From: a virus
Reading direction: 5' to 3' (one strand)
Virus record (IMG/VR): IMGVR_UViG_3300033475_000019
DNA length: 64,000 nt
The notes below the pieces were generated by a model that saw nothing but the letters and a program-made list of their open reading frames with translations, made no database searches and had not been told where the DNA came from. Positions 60,084 through 64,000 of the stretch are shown here, piece by piece (the first letter of the stretch is position 1; each line of letters opens with the position of its first letter). Made by a program: the position numbers and the translations under genes.

Positions 60084-60641
60084 TTGACCACCACCCAGCT
60101 CATCGCCTTGCTCTCCTCACCGCTCGCGCCCGTCGTGATCGGCCTCATCGGCTCGCTCGTCGAAAAGGTCGGCCTCAAGCTCGAGTTGGCCCGCGTCGTC
60201 GCGTTCGGCAAGATGCTGGAAGCTGTCGCGGCGGACCTGCCGAAGCTGCTCAGTAACGTCGTGGCGCTGGCCAAGGGTGAGCCGAAGGATCCGCCCAAGT
60301 CGCCGCCGGCAGACTCCCCGCCCGTCGCTGCCAAGGAAGTCTTTCCGCAGGACATGAGCGGTAGTCCGTTGGAGATGCGAAGCCTCACTGACAACATGGC
60401 GCTGGCGATCAGCATGGTGGCGATGGCCATCGCGACCTGCCTGCTTCTCACGAGTTGCGCCCCAGTGCCGCAGACCATCGCCAAGCCCGAGCCCTGCAGC
60501 ATCGTCGCGCTGAGCACCATCATGGCCGGCTGCGAGGCGCGGATCCGTGTCGAGTGCCACGACGGCGACGACACCTGCAAGACCTACCAAGAGTGCCGCC
60601 TGGCCATCAAGAATTGGCGAGCCTGCGGAGGTGACCAGTGA
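60084..60641 (+). CDS. membrane protein with an internal lipoprotein-type signal (holin/spanin candidate)
   Basis: TTG start after AGGAG. N-terminal TM LIALLSSPLAPVVIGLIGSLV. Internal MRSLTDNMALAISMVAMAIATCLLLTSC (lipobox LLTSC) followed by a Cys-rich tail. Confidence 0.5.
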   Translation: MTTTQLIALLSSPLAPVVIGLIGSLVEKVGLKLELARVVAFGKMLEAVAADLPKLLSNVVALAKGEPKDPPKSPPADSPPVAAKEVFPQDMSGSPLEMRSLTDNMALAISMVAMAIATCLLLTSCAPVPQTIAKPEPCSIVALSTIMAGCEARIRVECHDGDDTCKTYQECRLAIKNWRACGGDQ

Positions 60642-60847
60642 CGCGCGACGCCATCGTCGAGTTGCTCAAGGACGCGGGCGAGGAGCTGTTGCCCGTCATC
60701 GGCAAGGCCATTCAGGGCTTGATCGCTGGCAAGCCGCCCGAGCAGGTGCTGTCGCAAGCCGAGCGCGACATCTTGGCGGACCAGGCTGAGAAGCGGCTGG
60801 ACGCGGCGTTGCATCACAAGCCGATCGTGCCGGGGAGCGGCGTCTGA
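60638..60847 (+). CDS. hypothetical protein
   Basis: 69 aa; GTGA coupling. Confidence 0.45.
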   Translation: MTRDAIVELLKDAGEELLPVIGKAIQGLIAGKPPEQVLSQAERDILADQAEKRLDAALHHKPIVPGSGV

Positions 60848-61188
60848 TGTCCAAGTCCTGCAAGCACTGCAAGCGCTGCATCTCGGGCTGCAAGGAGTTC
60901 TGCTCTTGCTGCGGCCTGTGCCAGGAGTGCGGCCAGCCCGCGAAGACAGCACCGCTGCCAGAGCCGGTTTACGTGCCGTATCCGGTGTACCCACCGATCC
61001 AACCGTGGCCCACGGAGCCGACCTGGGTACCGGGCGGGCCGATCGTGACGCAGCCGACGTGGGTCTACCGAACGACCACGACCTGCAAGTCTGACGTGCT
61101 GCAAAGCACAGGCGCCGCAACCCAGCTCGGCGGCATCAGTCTGGCCGAACCGTTCGTCGTCGCGTTCAACGCTGACTCGGTGCACTGA
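60847..61188 (+). CDS. Cys-rich / Pro-rich protein
   Basis: 113 aa. 11 Cys in the first 28 aa (CKHCKRCISGCKEFCSCCGLCQEC), then a PxP-rich segment. Confidence 0.5.
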   Translation: MSKSCKHCKRCISGCKEFCSCCGLCQECGQPAKTAPLPEPVYVPYPVYPPIQPWPTEPTWVPGGPIVTQPTWVYRTTTTCKSDVLQSTGAATQLGGISLAEPFVVAFNADSVH

Positions 61189-61283
61189 TGCGCCGCGCCT
61201 TCGAAAAGGTCGTCCTGGTCGGCGCCGCCTGCGTCGTCGGCCTCTCGTTCTTCGCTGACGCGGTCAGGCTTTGGAGGAAGTAG
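61188..61283 (+). CDS. 31-aa single-TM peptide (not in the ORF track)
   Basis: Own translation: MRRAFEKVVLVGAACVVGLSFFADAVRLWRK. TGATG coupling upstream; TAG immediately before the endolysin ATG. Confidence 0.45.
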   Translation: MRRAFEKVVLVGAACVVGLSFFADAVRLWRK

Positions 61284-62048
61284 ATGCTAGCCACCTACAC
61301 GGCGCCGAAGAAAACTCCGTTCGGATTCGGCGAAGCATCCGACGCCATGCGCGCCGCGTTGCGCGACAAGCTCGGCAAGGATCCAACGCGCGAAGTGCTG
61401 GCGCTGGCGCTCGCCAAAACAGCGCTCGAGACCGGCCGCTGGCAGTCGATCTGGAATGCCAACTGGGGGAACGTGAAGGCCGGCGAGCAGTACGTTGGCC
61501 AGTACACGTGCATCCTGCTCAACGAGGTGCTTCACCGTGACGGGAAAGACGTCGTGGTGTGGTTCGCTCCCGAAGGTGAGCTTGTTGGCGGCCCCGGGTC
61601 GGCGATCAAGGGTGTTCGCGTTGCTGTGCCGAGTGGTCACCCGCAGACACGGATGCGCGCCTACGCGAACCGCTTCGACGGCGCGTTCAGCTACGTCGAC
61701 TTCGTTGGTGGTGGGCACTATGCGGCGGCTTGGCAGCGTCTGCTGGCTGGTGACGCCGCGGGCTACGTGCACGCACTCAAGCTTGCCGGATACTTCACCG
61801 CGGACGAGGCCACCTACGCCCGTACCGTCGTCTCGCTGCACAAGGAATTCTTGGGCAAGCTCGCGGGTCAGAACCCGGGCGAGCTGGTGAGCAGTGGTGA
61901 GATCTGCGAGGCGCTTGCTTGCGTCGGCCGCGACGGCGAGACCTACCTGCACACCGAGGCTGTCCTCGCCGCGATGTCGAGCATGGACGGCGTGTGGGAC
62001 GCCATCGACGCCGAGAAGCGCGCCGCGATGCTGGAGTCGGAATCGTGA
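61284..62048 (+). CDS. endolysin, glucosaminidase (FlgJ/GH73-like) type
   Basis: 254 aa. ALAKTALETGRWQS..NWGNVKAG..MRAYANRFDGAFSYVDF..YAAAW..AGYFTADEATY matches the mannosyl-glycoprotein endo-beta-N-acetylglucosaminidase pattern. Confidence 0.7.
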   Translation: MLATYTAPKKTPFGFGEASDAMRAALRDKLGKDPTREVLALALAKTALETGRWQSIWNANWGNVKAGEQYVGQYTCILLNEVLHRDGKDVVVWFAPEGELVGGPGSAIKGVRVAVPSGHPQTRMRAYANRFDGAFSYVDFVGGGHYAAAWQRLLAGDAAGYVHALKLAGYFTADEATYARTVVSLHKEFLGKLAGQNPGELVSSGEICEALACVGRDGETYLHTEAVLAAMSSMDGVWDAIDAEKRAAMLESES

Positions 62049-62698
62049 TCGCGTCCGTGCTCTGCGACAGCGGGCACCTGCGCCACCAGCCGCCGCTGCT
62101 CTACATGTCCAGCCTCGACGACCCCGAAGACGACTTTCCAACGCGAGAGCCGATGCCGAACGATACCGACCGCGAGACCGCCGAAACCATCGCTCCCGAC
62201 ACCGACCGCGCGGAGCGCGACACGAGTCCGCCCGGAGCCGATGATGCAGAAGCGACGCGGGCCGCAGCGACCATGCTGCCGGCTGCCCCGTCTGCTCCTG
62301 CTCCTGCACCACCCGAGTACTGGAAAGCCGCCTACGACAAGCTCGTAGAAATCCACGAAGACCAACGAAAAGACCGCGAGGGTCGGGCTGCACGCGATGA
62401 TGCGCTGGTGCTCCGTCTAAGTGCCGCCGCAAGGGAGGCCTCCGACGCCAACGTTGCCGATCTCAAAGCTGCCATGAGCGAGGTCGTCTATTCGGTCGAG
62501 AGCATCGGGAATCGGCTGATCACTCTCGAGGAAAGCGACGCGCAGCAAACCAAGCGCCTGGCCGAAGGCGAGAAGCGTTTCGACGACATCGAGCGACAGC
62601 TGGCCGATCTCAAGGGCCTCGTGACCAAGCTGGAAGCGGACCTCAAGGAAGCGAAGGCCAATGTCCCCGCCCGCCCCGCCCCGTCGCCCGGGCAGTAG
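62045..62698 (+). CDS. acidic coiled-coil protein (start GTG 62045 or ATG 62105)
   Basis: GTGA overlap with the endolysin stop. C-terminal heptad-rich segment. Confidence 0.5.
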   Translation: MIASVLCDSGHLRHQPPLLYMSSLDDPEDDFPTREPMPNDTDRETAETIAPDTDRAERDTSPPGADDAEATRAAATMLPAAPSAPAPAPPEYWKAAYDKLVEIHEDQRKDREGRAARDDALVLRLSAAAREASDANVADLKAAMSEVVYSVESIGNRLITLEESDAQQTKRLAEGEKRFDDIERQLADLKGLVTKLEADLKEAKANVPARPAPSPGQ

Positions 62699-63500
62699 CC
62701 CAGAGCTCCAGGGCATCGTCACGCCCGACCAGCCCGAGCGCGGCGCCGTGAGGCACCATCCTGGGCTCGAAGGCGCTCCGGTCGCCCCTCGCCAACGGAC
62801 CCAGACCCTGCCCGGCATCCCGCGCCTGTCGCCGCCCGCGCTCCCGCGAGAGCTTGCGAAAACCGAGCGCGCGCCGTCCACAACGGCTCAGACGGTGCGA
62901 GCAACCCCGTCGGCGGGCATCGAGGCCCAGCGCTCCCAAACGCCCGTCAGCGGGCAGCCAGCGCAGCCCCTGCCCCCTCCCAGCCTTCACCCCGCCGAAG
63001 CCCAGGCCGCCGCCTACAAGCGCCGCGCCGAGGAGGCCGAGAAGCAGCTGGCGGAGCAGCGCGCCGCTAAGGCCAGCGAGGCGCCCGCGTCGGGCAATGC
63101 CGTCCTGAGCGACGAGCACATCGGCCGCTTCGTCAGAGAGGTCACACGCGTCTTCCTACGCCGCATAGGCGCGCCGGCGGCGCTCGTGGCCATGCTCGGC
63201 GGCGGCGGATACGCCCTGAAGGCCTCGCACGACAAACCGGCACCGCCGCCCCTGACGGCTCAGCAGCTCGATGAGCGGCTAGAAAAGTTCGAGGGCAAGG
63301 TGGTCTCCCGGCTCGACAAGCTCACGACCACGACCAACGAGGGAATCGACCTGCAGCGCTGCTTGCGGAAGAAGGTCGGCCAAATCGGCGGCTCACTCCT
63401 GCCGGCGGTCGACCGAATGGGCGCGGCGCTGAAGCAGCAGCCCTTCGACGACGATTGCCCTGACTCTCCCAAGAGATTGCCCGAGCCGAAGCCGCAGTAG
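62661..63500 (+). CDS. Pro-rich protein with one TM helix
   Basis: 279 aa; TM IGAPAALVAMLGGGGYAL. Last gene before the terminator. Confidence 0.5.
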   Translation: MSPPAPPRRPGSSPELQGIVTPDQPERGAVRHHPGLEGAPVAPRQRTQTLPGIPRLSPPALPRELAKTERAPSTTAQTVRATPSAGIEAQRSQTPVSGQPAQPLPPPSLHPAEAQAAAYKRRAEEAEKQLAEQRAAKASEAPASGNAVLSDEHIGRFVREVTRVFLRRIGAPAALVAMLGGGGYALKASHDKPAPPPLTAQQLDERLEKFEGKVVSRLDKLTTTTNEGIDLQRCLRKKVGQIGGSLLPAVDRMGAALKQQPFDDDCPDSPKRLPEPKPQ

Positions 63501-63544
63501 CCGCCAATCCCATCCCCCCGCCAGCGCTTCGGTGCTGGTGTAGA

Positions 63545-63587
63545 CGCCGTCTCAGCCTTCGCGGGCTGGGGCGGCGTTTTGCTTTTT
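63545..63587 (+). terminator. intrinsic terminator ending the rightward late operon
   Basis: CGCC-gtct-CAGCC-ttcgcg-GGCTG-gggc-GGCG followed by TTTTGCTTTTTGT. Confidence 0.65.
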
Positions 63588-63830
63588 GTCGCGCTCTGCC
63601 ACTCGCGAATCGACCCAAGCGGCCATGGCCAACGCTTCGTGTCCCGGCGCGAAAGCCCCGCCATCGCGACACCACCGAATCTTGCGCACGAGCTCGTAGA
63701 TGATGCTCGTCGGCGGCTGGAGCAGCAGGCTGAATTCGCCGCTCCAGAGCATCCCGTCGCAGGTGTATTCGTAGCGGTCGCCGTTGACGCGAACGCCAAT
63801 GTGTCCTGAGAAGGCTTCGACCCGGGTCAT
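63552..63830 (-). CDS. hypothetical protein
   Basis: 92 aa; convergent with the late operon. Its 3' end overlaps the terminator hairpin. Confidence 0.45.
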   Translation of the reverse strand: MTRVEAFSGHIGVRVNGDRYEYTCDGMLWSGEFSLLLQPPTSIIYELVRKIRWCRDGGAFAPGHEALAMAAWVDSRVAERDKKQNAAPAREG

Positions 63831-64000
63831 AGTCCCCAGCGCGCTTTGAGATAGTCCTCGATTCGTTTCCTTCTCTCCTCATCAAGGGGACCCGGAAACC
63901 AGTACCATTCGACGAGGCAGAGAGCAGATGGCGCCAATGGCGCCGGCACCTTCGGCACGGGGACAAACGCCGTGGCTGCCGCGAGAAGGAAGCCGCGACG
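63827..64000 (-). CDS. hypothetical protein (partial; 5' end right of the window)
   Basis: Own translation: ...VEWYWFPGPLDEERRKRIEDYLKARWGL*. The stop overlaps the downstream ATG (ATGA). Confidence 0.4.
   Translation of the reverse strand, partial: RRGFLLAAATAFVPVPKVPAPLAPSALCLVEWYWFPGPLDEERRKRIEDYLKARWGL

Larger units (their letters stand above)
1..64000. mobile_element. Temperate contractile-tailed phage genome (attP-form phage or interior of a prophage); essentially all ORFs are phage-like
   Basis: Contiguous repressor/cro switch, xis/int, RecT+exonuclease, DnaB-type helicase, terminase, portal, capsid, sheath/tube/tape measure, Mu-like baseplate, fibres, endolysin. Pervasive ATGA/TGATG translational coupling. 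No host housekeeping genes seen. Confidence 0.9.

Overview
The window is visibly GC-rich (not computed) and is filled almost end to end by one temperate, contractile-tailed phage genome. No rRNA gene, complete tRNA gene, CRISPR array, transposase or host housekeeping gene was seen.

Layout:
- 1-9859 (minus strand): leftward early operon. It carries a RecT-type annealase plus a PD-(D/E)xK exonuclease, a beta-class DNA methyltransferase, a C5-methyltransferase-like protein, an HNH-like protein and many small unknown ORFs.
- 9860-10700: lambda-like immunity switch. An XRE/cI-like repressor (minus strand) is flanked by two operator regions that share GTATC half-sites, followed by a cro-like gene.
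- 10.7-26.5 kb (plus strand): rightward early/middle operon. It holds small HTH and membrane proteins, a secreted SLT-like protein, a DUF4406-like protein, xis-like HTH plus tyrosine integrase, a sigma-70 region-4-like protein, a Dam-type methylase, a replication organiser plus DnaB-type helicase, a RuvC-like resolvase, and a lower-GC accessory block.
- 26.7-37.4 kb: packaging and head genes (small and large terminase, portal, scaffold-like protein, major capsid, connector proteins).
- 37.4-50.7 kb: Mu-like tail (sheath, tube, chaperone, tape measure, N/P/gp45/gp46/gp47-like baseplate).
- 50.7-59.8 kb: fibres and accessory beta-rich proteins, including LamG-like and SASA/GDSL esterase-like proteins.
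- 60.1-63.5 kb: lysis cassette with a glucosaminidase-type endolysin, ended by a strong intrinsic terminator.

Most interesting observations:
1. A tRNA 3'-end mimic sits inside the 3' extension of the integrase ORF. This is a candidate attP within int, as described for Myxococcus phage Mx8.
2. A roughly 30-nt stem-loop plus AAAAACACGGTTGC element occurs twice, with compensatory stem changes, immediately upstream of the terminase and scaffold/capsid gene blocks. A degenerate third copy lies at the cro promoter.
3. A 12-bp-phased GTCACG iteron-like array lies inside the replication-organiser gene.
4. An antisense lipoprotein/GYF-membrane cassette and a proline-rich triple-repeat ORF are inserted in the baseplate operon.
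5. There are several unusual DNA-methyltransferase-like genes.

All family assignments come from motif recognition by eye. No database searches were run.
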